A DNA stretch of 64,000 nucleotides from Desulfobacterales bacterium (GCA_026984935.1 JALSRD010000028.1:7097-71096); one strand, 5' to 3'. Shown: positions 1 through 10,855, numbered from the stretch's first letter. Translations and numbers: made by a program. Notes: generated by a model from the letters alone, not told the origin.

Positions 1-406
1 TGATGGACACCGGTGTTCCCCGATAGCAGGGGCGCCCGTTTTTCAGCTCCAGCTCATGGGGCGCCATGAGCGCGCCGGACAGGCCGTCAATGGCGTTCAA
101 CCGCCGGGCCAGGTTGCGGTTTTCTACCACATCGTCCAGGGTCTCGGCTTCGGCCACCACCGCAATCAGCCCCGCAGCACGTCCACGGCGCCGGCGGTGT
201 GCATCGACCAGCAGGTCGACGAACGCATCCACGGGCGACAGCAGCGGCGCGTCGAAATCGATTTCGATGTCCGGCAGGGTGCCGGCAGCTCGGAGGGACT
301 GCCAGACCCTTTTGCCGATCTGCTGGGCCATGCGCTGGTAGTCCCACCCGCCGGGACTGCCCAGGTTCCACTCCGAGTGATACCCGACAATCTGACTTCT
401 TTCCAA
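1..406 (-). CDS. hypothetical protein, N-terminal part only (gene runs off the left edge)
   Basis: Absent from the ORF track because it has a TTG start and no stop inside the window. AGGAG lies 7 nt upstream of the TTG at 404-406. The frame is stop-free with mostly G/C-ending codons: (M)ERSQIVGYHSEWNLGSPGGWDYQRMAQQIGKRVW...ELELKNGRPCYRGTPVSI. Track ORFs covering 56-822 look like R/P/A-rich off-frame products. Confidence 0.45.
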   Translation of the reverse strand, partial: MERSQIVGYHSEWNLGSPGGWDYQRMAQQIGKRVWQSLRAAGTLPDIEIDFDAPLLSPVDAFVDLLVDAHRRRRGRAAGLIAVVAEAETLDDVVENRNLARRLNAIDGLSGALMAPHELELKNGRPCYRGTPVSI

Positions 407-612
407 TGGCTTGCTCCTGTAGTTTTTCATTCCCCGGTCCGCAGGCACTTGGAGGCCCGCAAAACAGGCCGGGGCTTGCGCGCGCATGCTTGGGCCAGGC
501 TTGCAGGCGGCCGGCGGTCGAGCGCGGCAAACGCATATCCGCCGGCGGCCTGTCTCGGGCGCGGCACCGGGCCTGTCCGGCGGGTTCGATCCGCAAGGCT
601 CCGGCTTTCCGC

Positions 613-2241
613 TCAAGGCAACGATTTCAAAATGGTTTCCAGATCCCTGAAACCGATCTCTCCGGCACTCATGACAGTGCCGACAAATCCGGCGGTATCA
701 GGGCCGCCGAAACGCTTGAAAAGCCGCTCGAAGTTTCTCAACCCCACCGTGTAGCACAACTGGTAACCGGGGTTCAACGGGTATTTGCGCACGGCCGCAA
801 GGGCCCGCTGTATGGGCACTGAGCCGGTCGCCAACAGGGCAGCCGCATTTTCAGGGCTCATTTTACCGGTCTGAAGCCCCAGATCGATCCGGCCCCGCAG
901 TGCACGCCAGAGCCTGCGTCGCGCCATGAGCAGCCGGTCGGCAGCGGACGCCAGATAGCCGCTTTGGGCCATCAGCTCTTCCGCAAAGCAGGCCCACCCC
1001 TCGTAAAACAGAGGCCTTTCGATCAGGCGCCTGGCCGGGCGCTGCAGGCGCCAGCGGTTGATGTCCAGCAGGTGATGCCCGGGGTAGGTTTCATGGGCGC
1101 ACAGGATGCGGTACTCCCGCTGGTAGGGCTGACGCGCTTCCTGCGGTTGGCGGGCATTGAAAATGTAGAAAACCCCGCCGTCGGGTGGATGCCGCGGGGG
1201 TATGCTGTAGCTGGAGGCGGCCCGCGTCGCTGCCAGGTAGGATGGCACCGCCGCCACCTGCACCGGGCACCGGCGGAGCATTTCGTCCGACACCCAGCCC
1301 TGTTGCCGGCAGTGATGCGCCAAGCGCTCCACCTCCCCGCGGTAGAGCGCCAGCAGACCGCTGTCGCCCACCTGCGGCAAGGGTATGCGTGCCAGCGCTT
1401 CCTCCTGGCTGCAACCCCCGAAAGCGTCGTCCAGGACCTTGGCCATCTTCCGCCGGGCGGCCAGGATCTCCAGCTCGAGGACTTCCCGGATGTCTTCGAG
1501 GTCCATGCCGCAGCCAAGGTGATTGCGCACCACGCGCTTGAAAAGGTCCGGCGCCAGCCGGAAATCACGCCGGCCGGGAACCTCCCGCAAATGCGCCGTA
1601 AAGCGTTCCAGCGCCGCCAAGGCGCGTTTCAGGCCAGGCACCCGGGACCCGATGGACACCAGGTAGGCGCGCGTGTCGGCCGCCATCTGCAGGCCGAGGT
1701 CGCGAAACAGGTGCGGCACGCGCTCGAGATTGCACGTCGCCTGGTCCAGGAAAGCGCCCAGGCCCTGGCAGCGTTGTGGCACCGCACGCGGATCCTGGCT
1801 TTGGAAGGCTTCGGCCAGGCCGATGCAGGCCAGGCTGAGATAAAGGGTCGGCTGGCAGCGCCAGGCCCGGACTTCGTCCAGCTGTTCGGCCAGGGTCTGC
1901 GCCATCTTGCTCAACAGGGCGATGTCCATGCGCTCGTGCGGGTACGCGGGGTCATGCGGCTTGTTGCAGTGCAGCATCTTCTCAAATGCGCGCTCAAAAG
2001 CACGCAGGCGCCCGACCGTATCGGCAATCGTCTGCGGCTCGTAGTCATCCCAGGTTTGCCAGCAGCGCGGCGTGAGCGTTGCCTGGGGGAAAAAGTAGAA
2101 CTCGTCGCTGGCGCAGGACACTGGGAAGCGCTCGGCCAGCAGGCTGAAGAGCGCTGCGCCGGTTTTTTCGAGTGCTGTATCCATCGGCACCATCCATGGC
2201 CTCATGCGCCACCCATGCCTTTCTTGCGCCGGACGTTGCAC
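613..2241 (-). CDS. DUF885-family protein (metallopeptidase-like HExxPGHH motif)
   Basis: 542-aa ORF containing HETYPGHHLL; size and motif are typical of DUF885. The true start may be an internal Met (MVPMDTALEK). Confidence 0.75.
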   Translation of the reverse strand: MQRPAQERHGWRMRPWMVPMDTALEKTGAALFSLLAERFPVSCASDEFYFFPQATLTPRCWQTWDDYEPQTIADTVGRLRAFERAFEKMLHCNKPHDPAYPHERMDIALLSKMAQTLAEQLDEVRAWRCQPTLYLSLACIGLAEAFQSQDPRAVPQRCQGLGAFLDQATCNLERVPHLFRDLGLQMAADTRAYLVSIGSRVPGLKRALAALERFTAHLREVPGRRDFRLAPDLFKRVVRNHLGCGMDLEDIREVLELEILAARRKMAKVLDDAFGGCSQEEALARIPLPQVGDSGLLALYRGEVERLAHHCRQQGWVSDEMLRRCPVQVAAVPSYLAATRAASSYSIPPRHPPDGGVFYIFNARQPQEARQPYQREYRILCAHETYPGHHLLDINRWRLQRPARRLIERPLFYEGWACFAEELMAQSGYLASAADRLLMARRRLWRALRGRIDLGLQTGKMSPENAAALLATGSVPIQRALAAVRKYPLNPGYQLCYTVGLRNFERLFKRFGGPDTAGFVGTVMSAGEIGFRDLETILKSLP

Positions 2242-2313
2242 CAGCCATCTAATGCCTTTGGCGCAGTGCCCGGCTGGTGCGCCGTTTTCAGGTGTGCGCC
2301 GAGCCGTCGTTTG

Positions 2314-3507
2314 TCACGCCTGGTGTTTGGGCAGCATCAGCACGAAAGGGATACCCGCCAGCCCGGCAAAGGCGCTGATCAGATAGGTGTTTCGCAGCCC
2401 CACGCGGTCCGCGATGACACCCACGACCACCACGATGGCCGAGCGCGCCAGAAACGAGATCATCATAAACATCCCATTGGCAGCGGCCGGGCTGCTGCCG
2501 GCATGCTCCTGGATCAGCGCCAGCATCACCGGCGTGGTCGACAGCAGCGTAAAACCGGCGAAAAGCAGGCCGGCAACGCGCAGCCAGCCGTTGCCGGCTG
2601 CAAAGACAAATACACAAAGCGGCGCGCCCAAAAGCGAAATGAGCAGCATCTGCCTTCGGCCGAGGCGATCACTCAGCGGCCCGGCCGTCAGCACACCGGC
2701 CACGCCGGCCATTTCGAAAAAGGTCAGCGCCGCCCCGGCCAGCCAGAGGTTGCCGCTCTGGATTTTGATGAAGGTTGGCAGAAAAGCGGTCATCGCCGCG
2801 TGCATGCTGCCGCGGGCCAGCAAAATGGCGGCCAGCGGCAGCAGGATGCGGCGCATTGCGCGCCAGGTAGCCACCAGCGGGATTTTCTTCTGGGCGTTGT
2901 GAAAAGCCAGATCGACGTGCCGGAACCGCAAAAAGAGCAACACGGATGCGCCCATGCCGCCCACCATGACGGGATAAAAGCCCTCAAGCCCCATGGCCGA
3001 GACCGCGCTCACCGCCGCCAGTGGCCCTATGGCGCGCGCCAGTTCGCCGCCGGTCATGAAAAAACTCATGCCGCGGCCCTTTTTGGGTCCGGCCAGGCGC
3101 GCGATCATAACCGGCGCCGGCACGTGAAAAGCCGCTACGCTGACACCGGCCGCAAACAACAGCAGCAGCAGCGCGCCGTAGCCGGGCGCCACTCCGATGA
3201 GGCTCATGGGAACAGCGGTCAGCATGGGTGCCAGGATCACGAAATAGCGCAGGCTGATGCGGTCGGCCAGCATGCCGATATAAGGGTTCATCAGGGCCGG
3301 GATCTGCATGGCCGTGGTGAGAAACCCCGCCTGGGTAAGGGACATGGAGAGCTTGTCGATCAAAAGCGGCAGCAGCGGCGCCAGGAAGCTCGAATAGATG
3401 TCGTGCACGAAATGGCTGACGGACAGCGCAAAGATCGCCGGTGTCTGAAAGCCGGCCGGTTGGCCGCCCGAATGGTTGTCGACGGGATGTTTTGCAGTGA
3501 TGGACAT
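2314..3507 (-). CDS. MFS transporter
   Basis: 397 aa with many hydrophobic segments and an MFS-like loop motif, GMLADRISLR. Confidence 0.85.
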   Translation of the reverse strand: MSITAKHPVDNHSGGQPAGFQTPAIFALSVSHFVHDIYSSFLAPLLPLLIDKLSMSLTQAGFLTTAMQIPALMNPYIGMLADRISLRYFVILAPMLTAVPMSLIGVAPGYGALLLLLFAAGVSVAAFHVPAPVMIARLAGPKKGRGMSFFMTGGELARAIGPLAAVSAVSAMGLEGFYPVMVGGMGASVLLFLRFRHVDLAFHNAQKKIPLVATWRAMRRILLPLAAILLARGSMHAAMTAFLPTFIKIQSGNLWLAGAALTFFEMAGVAGVLTAGPLSDRLGRRQMLLISLLGAPLCVFVFAAGNGWLRVAGLLFAGFTLLSTTPVMLALIQEHAGSSPAAANGMFMMISFLARSAIVVVVGVIADRVGLRNTYLISAFAGLAGIPFVLMLPKHQA

Positions 3508-3537
3508 CGGATCAGCGGAAAGCCCCCGGAGATTGGA

Positions 3538-4560
3538 TCAGCAGAAATCGCGGTTGAAGATGGTCTTGAGGCGCTGCACTTCCGCTTCGGCATCCCCGAT
3601 CATTTCCCCGATAATGGCCTTCAACGGCATGATGCGGTCGGCCAGCCCCACCGATTGTCCGGCCATCAGCGAACCGCCGCTGACATCTCCGCCGATCACC
3701 GCTTCGCGCAGGGCGCCGACCCAGAAGCGCTCCACCTCGAACTGGGCCTCCTGGCGGTCGATCTCACCGGCGTCCAGACGCCGCAGCAGCTCGAGCTGCA
3801 GCCGTCCGAAATTGCGGGTGCCTTCGTTTTTCAGCGCCCGCACCGGAATCACCGGCAGGCGGCTGTCGAACTGCGGCGTGGCCACGGCATCGCGGGCCCT
3901 GGCGCGGCGGAAAGTCTCCTTGAAGGCAGGGTGCGCCGCGCATTCCTCGGACATGACGAAACGGGTGCCCATCTGGACGCCCGCCGCCCCCATCATTAAC
4001 AGATGCGCCATCATGCGGCCGGTGGCGATGCCGCCGGCGATAAAAATCGGCACACTGTCCACCGTGAAGAGGATCTGCTGCAAAAGCACCGAAAGCGCCA
4101 CCGGCCCGATGTGCCCGCCGGCTTCGGAGCCCTCCAGCATCAGGGCGTCGGCACCGCGGTCGATGAGCTTGTGGGCCAGCGGCGCGGTGGGTGCAAAGCA
4201 GATCACGCGGGCACCGCAGTCGCGCACCTTGGCAATTTCGCCTTTTTTGGGGATTCCGCCGGCGAAAACCACCACGTCGCAGCCCTTGGTGCACACCATG
4301 TCCAGCTGCTCGCGGTAGGCCGGGGCCAGCGTAATCAGGTTGACGCCGAACGGTTGGTCCGTCAGCTCACGGGTTTCATCGATCTGCCGCGCGAACACTT
4401 CCACCGGGGTGTTGCCCCCGGCCAGCAGTCCGAAGGCGCCGGCGTTGCCCACGGCACTGACCAGCCTGGGGTCACTGACCCAGGTCATGGCGCCGCACAT
4501 GATGGGAAAGCGGCACCCCAGAAACGTCCTGCCTTTTTCGAAAAACGCGTCGATCAGCAT
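3538..4560 (-). CDS. flavin-dependent oxidoreductase, nitronate monooxygenase / FabK-like family
   Basis: 340 aa with the motifs PIMCGAMTWVS, GAFGLLAGG, EGSEAGGHIG and AGGIATG, typical of NMO/enoyl-ACP-reductase-II TIM barrels. Confidence 0.85.
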   Translation of the reverse strand: MLIDAFFEKGRTFLGCRFPIMCGAMTWVSDPRLVSAVGNAGAFGLLAGGNTPVEVFARQIDETRELTDQPFGVNLITLAPAYREQLDMVCTKGCDVVVFAGGIPKKGEIAKVRDCGARVICFAPTAPLAHKLIDRGADALMLEGSEAGGHIGPVALSVLLQQILFTVDSVPIFIAGGIATGRMMAHLLMMGAAGVQMGTRFVMSEECAAHPAFKETFRRARARDAVATPQFDSRLPVIPVRALKNEGTRNFGRLQLELLRRLDAGEIDRQEAQFEVERFWVGALREAVIGGDVSGGSLMAGQSVGLADRIMPLKAIIGEMIGDAEAEVQRLKTIFNRDFC

Positions 4561-4606
4561 CTTCGAGTCCCCTCGTCACGCCGGCATCGCCGCCAACTCG
4601 GCCGTA

Positions 4607-5980
4607 CTAGTTGGTCAGGCTCTGCACCGGCGCCGGAATCAACCCGCCGTGGCGCACGAAACAGTTTTCGCCGCAGGTGTTATTCACCGCCAGGATGGTC
4701 GATTCCCCCAGCAGCCCCCCGAAAAAGGCCTTGTCGCCGGCGGCTTTGCCGGGTACCGGGATCAGCCGCGCCGCAGTGGTCTTCTTGTTGATCACACCGA
4801 TGGCCAACTCGTCGGCGATGATGGCGGACAGCGTCTCTTCGGAGACATCACCGGGGATGGCCACCATGTCGAGCCCCACCGAGCAGACGCTGGTCAAAGC
4901 TTCCAACTTGTCCAGGCAGAGAAAACCGTCTGCGGCCGCCTGCCCGATATTCAGGTCTTCACTGACCGGAATGAAGGCGCCGCTCAGCCCGCCCACGTTG
5001 GAGCTGGCGAAGGCACCGCCCTTCTTGACGGCATCGTTTAACATGGCCAGCGCCGCCGTGCTGCCCGGAACGCCGATGGCGCGCAGGCCCAGGCTTTGAA
5101 AAATCTCGCCGACGCTGTCGCCCACGTTGGGCGTCGGCGCCAGTGAGAGGTCCACGACGCCAAAGGCGATATTCAGCCTTTCCGCCACCTCGCGTCCGAT
5201 CAGCTCGCCCACGCGGGTAACCTTGTAGGCCGTGCGCTTGATAATCTCGGAAAGCCGCCCCAGATCGATGCGCGGGTCCATCCGCAGAGCGCGGTCAAGG
5301 GCCTTTTTCACCACGCCGGGCCCGCTGACACCCACGTTGATAACGGCATCGGGCTCGCCGACCCCCAGGTAGGCGCCGGCCATGAAAGGGATGTCCTGCG
5401 GAATGTTGGCAAAGATACACAGCTTGGCGCAGGCGATGCCGTCACGGTCGGCGGTCAGGTGGGCGGCGCGCTTGATAATGCGCCCCAGCAGCAACACCGC
5501 ATCCATATTGATGCCGGCCCGCGTGGAAGCGGCATTCACCGAGGCACACACGCGTTCGGTCGCGGACAACGCTTCCGGGATGGCCCGGATCAGCGAGCGG
5601 TCCCCTTTGGCCATGCCCTTTTGCACCAGCGCCGAGAACCCGCCGATGAAATCGATACCGACTTCACGCGCGATGCTGTCCAGGGTGCAGGCGATTTCCA
5701 CCATCTGTTCCGGGTAGAAATTGGCGCCGGCCACGGCGATGGGGCTGACCGAAATGCGCTTGTTGACCACGGGAACCCCGTACTTGTCGCCGACCTGATT
5801 GCAGACGTTCACCAGACTGCCGGCCAGGTGGCCGATGCGTGTGCGCAGATTCTGCTGGAAACGCGCCAGGTCGTCGCAGGCGCAGTCCAGCAGGTTGATC
5901 CCCAGGGTAACGGCACGCACGTCCAGATTTTCATGCTGGATCATTTCAAGCGTCGCCAGAATTTCTTCCTTGTTTAGCAC
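4607..5980 (-). CDS. UPF0210 / DUF711 (PFL-like) family protein
   Basis: 457 aa. The N-terminus MLNKEEILATLEMIQHENLDVRAVTLGINLLDC is characteristic of UPF0210, and an ACT-domain partner gene lies immediately upstream on the same strand. Confidence 0.8.
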   Translation of the reverse strand: MLNKEEILATLEMIQHENLDVRAVTLGINLLDCACDDLARFQQNLRTRIGHLAGSLVNVCNQVGDKYGVPVVNKRISVSPIAVAGANFYPEQMVEIACTLDSIAREVGIDFIGGFSALVQKGMAKGDRSLIRAIPEALSATERVCASVNAASTRAGINMDAVLLLGRIIKRAAHLTADRDGIACAKLCIFANIPQDIPFMAGAYLGVGEPDAVINVGVSGPGVVKKALDRALRMDPRIDLGRLSEIIKRTAYKVTRVGELIGREVAERLNIAFGVVDLSLAPTPNVGDSVGEIFQSLGLRAIGVPGSTAALAMLNDAVKKGGAFASSNVGGLSGAFIPVSEDLNIGQAAADGFLCLDKLEALTSVCSVGLDMVAIPGDVSEETLSAIIADELAIGVINKKTTAARLIPVPGKAAGDKAFFGGLLGESTILAVNNTCGENCFVRHGGLIPAPVQSLTN

Positions 5981-6033
5981 AAACGCCTCCGCTTCGCTTT
6001 TGGTTGGAATCGGCTGCCGCCGGAAGAGGCGGA

Positions 6034-6588
6034 CTACACGCGGTTGATGGCTTCAAAAATGCGGCGGTGCTGGATGCTGATGGTCAGACCGAGATCGGCC
6101 GCCCGTTGGCGCAGATCGCTGTACAGTGCACTCTGGTCGGCATCCGGCGGCACGTCGACCTCGTAAATCATGACGTTGTCCACGGGTTTGTCGCCGCCTT
6201 TGAAAATGGCCTGCAGGTTGGTCACGTTCACGCCGTGGCGCGAAATCACCTCGGTGATCCGGGCCACCAGGCCCTTCTGGTCGGGTCCGCGGGTGGCGAT
6301 CACGAAACGTTCACAGTCGGCGGTGTTGAAGCTCGTTGTCCCGGGCAGCAGCGGTTTTACATACACATGCTGGTCAAGCGGACCCAACGCGCTTTCCAGG
6401 TGCCGGTTCAAGGCTTCGATCGTCAGTTCTTCCGGAATGCTGACGATGAAGATTCCGGAAAACTCCGTCTGCAGAGTCGTCTGTGAAACGTTTTCGATGT
6501 TGCAGCCGTCGTCGAACAGAATGCGTGTGGCGGCGGCGATGATACCGGGGCGGTCCGGCCCCAGAATGGAGATAACGGCCTTTTCCAT
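6034..6588 (-). CDS. ACT-domain protein (two tandem ACT domains)
   Basis: Two ACT-type starts are present: VISILGPDRPGIIAAATRIL and FVIATRGPDQKGLVARITEVI. The start is placed at MEKAV (ATG at 6586-6588); the track ORF extends to 6630. Confidence 0.75.
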   Translation of the reverse strand: MEKAVISILGPDRPGIIAAATRILFDDGCNIENVSQTTLQTEFSGIFIVSIPEELTIEALNRHLESALGPLDQHVYVKPLLPGTTSFNTADCERFVIATRGPDQKGLVARITEVISRHGVNVTNLQAIFKGGDKPVDNVMIYEVDVPPDADQSALYSDLRQRAADLGLTISIQHRRIFEAINRV

Positions 6589-6778
6589 CGCAAAAGAAGC
6601 CCCCATGGGGTTTACCAAAACAGCCCGCAAGCACGTTTACGGCTTGAACCACAGGCTGTTTGTATGTTAAACAGTCAGGAAAATGGCGGCCGTCAGGCGG
6701 TGCAGCATGTTGCCAGTGGCGCACGGCATGCCGTCTGCCGGCCGTGTGGGATGTTACATTGAACATAAGGAAGGCTAA

Positions 6779-7615
6779 ATGTCAAAGGATAAAGCGGTCA
6801 GCGCCTTTATCAGGGATCACAAAACCCTGTTTATCGTCATCGGCGTGGTCATTTTTCTGATCGAGATCGAAATTTTCGCCGTGGCGGTCACCAAATCCGG
6901 TCGCAAGTCATGGCTGCAGGTGCGCAACGCCAAGGGCAACGTGATCTATGAAACCCCCGGCGAGCATCTGAGCCACTTCAACAAGTACTACTTCGAAAAA
7001 ACGTTCGGCCCCTTTGACCAGTACGACGTCAAGCTGGTTTCCAAGGTGACCCCCTTCCCTTTCCGTGCCTGGTTCACTGCCGCCGTCGGCATTCCGGTGG
7101 GCGCCGTTCTTCTGATCGCCTTTATTTTCCGGGCCACGGTCAGCCTGCTGCACGGCGACAGCCGCAGTGCCGGCGATATGCACATGCCGGACGACGGCCA
7201 CACCCGTTTTGAAAAGACCTTGGCGCGCATCGCGCGCTTCAACATCTTCACCATCGGGTTTCTGGTTTTCGCGGCCATCTTTCTCTACTGGGTGATCCCC
7301 AACGTGATTGCCTACGCAGGCAAAATCGGCATCGAAACCATCACGCGCTACAAGTGGATTTTCCTGTCGCTGGGGATTCTCTTTGTGGCCCTGGTGGTGT
7401 GGATCATCTACCTGCGTTACCTGCTGGCCAAAAAATCCATCGAAAGCCAGACCGAGATCAAAAAGTATCAGCTCCAGATAGAGGCCGGCACCGCCCCGGC
7501 CGCTCCCCTGCAGCTCGACTATGATGAAAGGCCGGAACCGGTGCGGCCGGCGGCTGCTGACCCGCACATAGACAGCGCACCGCCTGCGGCGCAACGCGAC
7601 GAACGGGCGGCCTGA
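6779..7615 (+). CDS. hypothetical membrane protein
   Basis: 278 aa with AAGGAAGG upstream of the ATG, several hydrophobic helices (LFIVIGVVIFLIEIEIFAVAV, FTIGFLVFAAIFLYWVI, IFLSLGILFVALVVWIIY) and a Pro/Ala-rich tail. Confidence 0.6.
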   Translation: MSKDKAVSAFIRDHKTLFIVIGVVIFLIEIEIFAVAVTKSGRKSWLQVRNAKGNVIYETPGEHLSHFNKYYFEKTFGPFDQYDVKLVSKVTPFPFRAWFTAAVGIPVGAVLLIAFIFRATVSLLHGDSRSAGDMHMPDDGHTRFEKTLARIARFNIFTIGFLVFAAIFLYWVIPNVIAYAGKIGIETITRYKWIFLSLGILFVALVVWIIYLRYLLAKKSIESQTEIKKYQLQIEAGTAPAAPLQLDYDERPEPVRPAAADPHIDSAPPAAQRDERAA

Positions 7616-7767
7616 CCTTCGCCGGCGCGCGAATCGTTTCTCTTTTACGAGCGCACGCTGATACCGGTCCCCATGCGATGCTGCGGCCTGGTGGCAGAAG
7701 CACCAAAGCCCGGTGCCCGGCAGCTGCAACCGAACCGGCGATTGCGCCTTTCCTCCACCCCCTTGCT

Positions 7768-8790
7768 TCAGGCCGCCGGGCTGTCCTTTTCCCGCAGCCA
7801 GGCTGCCAGGCGCTGCAGCCCCTCTTCTGTGGACACCCGCGGCACATAGCCCAGGTCGCGGCGCGCCGCGCTGATATCGAACCAGTGCGACGTCGCCAGT
7901 TCATGGGCCACGAAGCGCGTCATGGGCGGTTCGGCGGATAAATGCAGCGCCCGGTAGACCGCTTCCAGCAAAAACCCCAGCAGCCAGGCGCTGCGCGCGG
8001 ACATGCGGCGCCCGACGGGCGCCAATCCGGCAGCCGCCAGGATGCGGTTGATCATCTCCCAGAGGCGCACGGGCGCGCCCTGGCTGATAAAGTAGACCCG
8101 GCCGGAAACGGCGGGATCCGCGGCCAGCCGGTCCGCCGCCAGCACATGCGCGGCGGCGGCGTTTTCGATGTAGGTCGTATCCACGAGATTGCGGCCGTCA
8201 CCCACCTGCACCAGTCGCCGCGCGCGCGCAATGATGCGCGGCACCAGATGGTTGTCGCCCGGCCCCCATATCAGGTGGGGCCTTAAAACCGCGACCGCAA
8301 GTCCCCGTCCGGCGGCTGCAAACACTGCCCTTTCCGCCGCGATTTTGCTGGCCTGGTAGGCGGAAAGCCGGCGGCGGGCATACCCGATGGATTCGTCGGC
8401 GCCGCAGATATCCCGTCCGTCAAAAACCACGCTGGGCGAACTGGTGTACACCAGTTGCGCCACGCCGCTGCGGCGGCAGGCCGCCAGCACGTTGCGCGTG
8501 CCGTCCACATTGATCCGCCGGTAGTCTTCGGCATCGCCCCACACACCCGCTTTGGCGGCGGTGTGATAGACGACACCCACACCGCGAAACGCATTTTCCA
8601 GCGCCGGCAGGTCGCACACATCGGCGCTGATCTGGGCGACTCCCAGTTCGTCCAGGCCTGCATGCCGCCGGCGCGAAAGGCTGATGACGCGCCGGCCGCG
8701 CGCGACCAGCTGGGCAGCGATGGCACTGCCCAGAAAGCCCCCGCCGCCGGTGATCAGGGCAACAGGGCCGGCCGGCGCATTTTTTGGCAT
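7768..8790 (-). CDS. NAD-dependent epimerase/dehydratase, 3-beta-hydroxysteroid dehydrogenase-like family
   Basis: 340 aa with the Rossmann motif ITGGGGFLGSAI and the catalytic YxxxK motif (YQASK). Confidence 0.85.
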   Translation of the reverse strand: MPKNAPAGPVALITGGGGFLGSAIAAQLVARGRRVISLSRRRHAGLDELGVAQISADVCDLPALENAFRGVGVVYHTAAKAGVWGDAEDYRRINVDGTRNVLAACRRSGVAQLVYTSSPSVVFDGRDICGADESIGYARRRLSAYQASKIAAERAVFAAAGRGLAVAVLRPHLIWGPGDNHLVPRIIARARRLVQVGDGRNLVDTTYIENAAAAHVLAADRLAADPAVSGRVYFISQGAPVRLWEMINRILAAAGLAPVGRRMSARSAWLLGFLLEAVYRALHLSAEPPMTRFVAHELATSHWFDISAARRDLGYVPRVSTEEGLQRLAAWLREKDSPAA

Positions 8791-9009
8791 GGTTCACCTG
8801 TGATGATGCCGTAAAAAGTCCGGGCTTCCCGCTTCTGAGAAGCCTTTTGGAAAGCTGCGTTTAGCCAAATCCCGCCAACGTGTCGCTTTGCTCCCCGAAT
8901 AGCCCGGGATTTTCAATGCTTAAACCCCTGCACCGCGCTTTTTGCCGCAAAGGCTTGAAATCCGCCTGAAACCGATCCCTTTTGGTCGGGTTGGGGTTTT
9001 GGCTGCACC

Positions 9010-9759
9010 TCAGGAAGCTTCCGGAATCTCGCTTTTCTCGTCCAGGCCGCGGTGGATCTCGCCGGCCGCCGTGAGGAAGGCTTCCCGTGCACGGCGCGCA
9101 AACGGGTTGTAACGGTGCATGTCCTCGAAGAGCTGCCAGGTGTCGTGCTCTACGGTTTCCAGTGTGTACAGCAGCCGCTGGTAGCCCTCGGTGTCGATGG
9201 GCATGGGTGCCGCTCCGCAGCGTGAAAGGGAGCGTCCCAGAAAGTGCGTCAGGGCCAGGCTGAAGGCGATCTGGCGGTCGTGCTCCGCAGGGGAAGTCTC
9301 GATGACCGCCAGGCCCTTGGTGGCCAGGTAAACCTTGATGCGGTGGAAAAGACGCATGCCGATGCGCTGGGGGCAGACGACGATTTTCTTCCCGGCCAGC
9401 GAATCGGCGGCCGAATCCGGCCCGAACATGGGGTGGCTGGCCAGAATCGAAACCGATTCCGGCAAAAGGCGTGCCATGAGCCGGCTGGGATAGATCTTGA
9501 CCGAACAGACATCCATAACCAGCGCACGGGGGAGCAGGAGCGGGGCGATCTGCCCAAGCACCCGTTCCAGTGCGGAGATAGGCACCGCTGGAATCACGAT
9601 GCGCCGGCGGCAGACATCCGCCAGCGATTCGAACACAACGCCCGCCCGCTCCAGTTCGGCGGTCGGCGGACGGCGGCTGCAGACCCCCACCGCGAAATCA
9701 GCCGCCAGATAGCCGGCCATCAGCCGCCCGAAACGCCCCGCACCGATGATCCCGATCAT
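9010..9759 (-). CDS. tyrA: prephenate dehydrogenase
   Basis: 249 aa with [11 protein letters not shown] (Rossmann fold), DVCSVK and SHPMFGP motifs. It is the last gene of the aromatic operon and its start overlaps the aroC stop. Confidence 0.85.
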   Translation of the reverse strand: MIGIIGAGRFGRLMAGYLAADFAVGVCSRRPPTAELERAGVVFESLADVCRRRIVIPAVPISALERVLGQIAPLLLPRALVMDVCSVKIYPSRLMARLLPESVSILASHPMFGPDSAADSLAGKKIVVCPQRIGMRLFHRIKVYLATKGLAVIETSPAEHDRQIAFSLALTHFLGRSLSRCGAAPMPIDTEGYQRLLYTLETVEHDTWQLFEDMHRYNPFARRAREAFLTAAGEIHRGLDEKSEIPEAS

Positions 9760-10841
9760 AAGATTTCCATCCGCTGCTGGCGCAGGGCCAGGTCGGCCAG
9801 CACCAGGGCGGCCATGCCCTCGACGATGGGAACCGCCCGCGGCACCACGCAGGGGTCGTGCCGGCCCTTGGCCTCCAGGGTCACCGGACGCCCGCTGAAA
9901 TCCACCGTCTGCTGGGGCCGGCCGATGGTGGCCGGCGGCTTGAAGGCCACCCGGAAAAAAACCGCCTCGCCGCTGGAGATGCCCCCCAGCACACCGCCGC
10001 TGCGGTTGGTGCGTGCTCCCAGACCCCGGGCCCGTTTTTCAAAGGTATCGTTGTGCTGCGAACCATACAGCCGCGTGCCGCCGAAGCCCGAGCCGATCTC
10101 GAACCCCTTGGTGGCCGGGATGGACAGCATGGCCTGGGCCATTTTGGCCTCCAGTTTGTCAAAGACGGGCTCCCCCCATCCGACCGGCACGTGCCGACAG
10201 ACGCAGCTTACCACTCCGCCCACCGAATCGCGGGCCTCGCGCACGGCGAGGATGGTCTCCATCATACGTGCACCGGCCGCGGGATCCGGGCAGCGCACCG
10301 CACTTTTATCCACCTCCCCGCGTGTCAGGCCGGCACGGTCGACATCGTCGGCATCGATTTCGCCCACTGCACTGACCCAGGCGACGATTTCCACGCCGTA
10401 GGCCTGTTGCAGAAACTTTTCGGCAATCGCCCCGGCCGCCACGCGCCCGATGGTCTCGCGGGCGCTGGAACGCCCGCCGCCGCTGGCGGCGCGCACCCCG
10501 TACTTCATCTGGTAGCTGTAGTCCGCGTGCGACGGCCGCGGGATCCGGCTCAGGTGTCCGTAGTCCCCCGGCCGCTGGTCGCGGTTGGCCACGTACAGGG
10601 CAATGGGGCTTCCCAGGGTGCGGCCGTTTTCAACGCCGGAAAGAATCACGACGCGGTCGGTTTCCCGGCGGTCGGTGGTCAGCCGGCTCTGCCCCGGCCG
10701 GCGCCGGTCGAGCTGCGGCTGGATGTCGTCCTCGGCCAGTTCCAGTCTGGCGGGACAGCCGTCCACCACGGCACCCACCGCGCGGCAGTGCGATTCACCA
10801 AAGGTGGTCACCCGAAACAACGTTCCGAAAGTACTGGACAT
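9756..10841 (-). CDS. aroC: chorismate synthase
   Basis: [30 protein letters not shown]... is a canonical AroC N-terminus. The start is placed at the ATG at 10839-10841 with AGGAG upstream; the track ORF extends to 10934. Confidence 0.95.
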   Translation of the reverse strand: MSSTFGTLFRVTTFGESHCRAVGAVVDGCPARLELAEDDIQPQLDRRRPGQSRLTTDRRETDRVVILSGVENGRTLGSPIALYVANRDQRPGDYGHLSRIPRPSHADYSYQMKYGVRAASGGGRSSARETIGRVAAGAIAEKFLQQAYGVEIVAWVSAVGEIDADDVDRAGLTRGEVDKSAVRCPDPAAGARMMETILAVREARDSVGGVVSCVCRHVPVGWGEPVFDKLEAKMAQAMLSIPATKGFEIGSGFGGTRLYGSQHNDTFEKRARGLGARTNRSGGVLGGISSGEAVFFRVAFKPPATIGRPQQTVDFSGRPVTLEAKGRHDPCVVPRAVPIVEGMAALVLADLALRQQRMEIL

Positions 10842-10855
10842 CAGAGATGCTCCTG

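Noticed and set aside
56-822. Several overlapping track ORFs at the left edge (56-754, 87-596, 199-822 and others)
   Set aside because: All give R/P/A-rich nonsense-like products. A TTG-initiated, SD-preceded minus-strand frame (1-406) with good third-position G/C bias explains the region better.
964-3999. 1,011-aa plus-strand ORF, the longest ORF in this part of the track
   Set aside because: It runs antisense to three well-supported genes (DUF885, MFS, NMO-like). Its product is an R/H/Q/A/G-rich low-complexity string with no motifs. This is the typical stop-poor antisense frame of GC-rich DNA.
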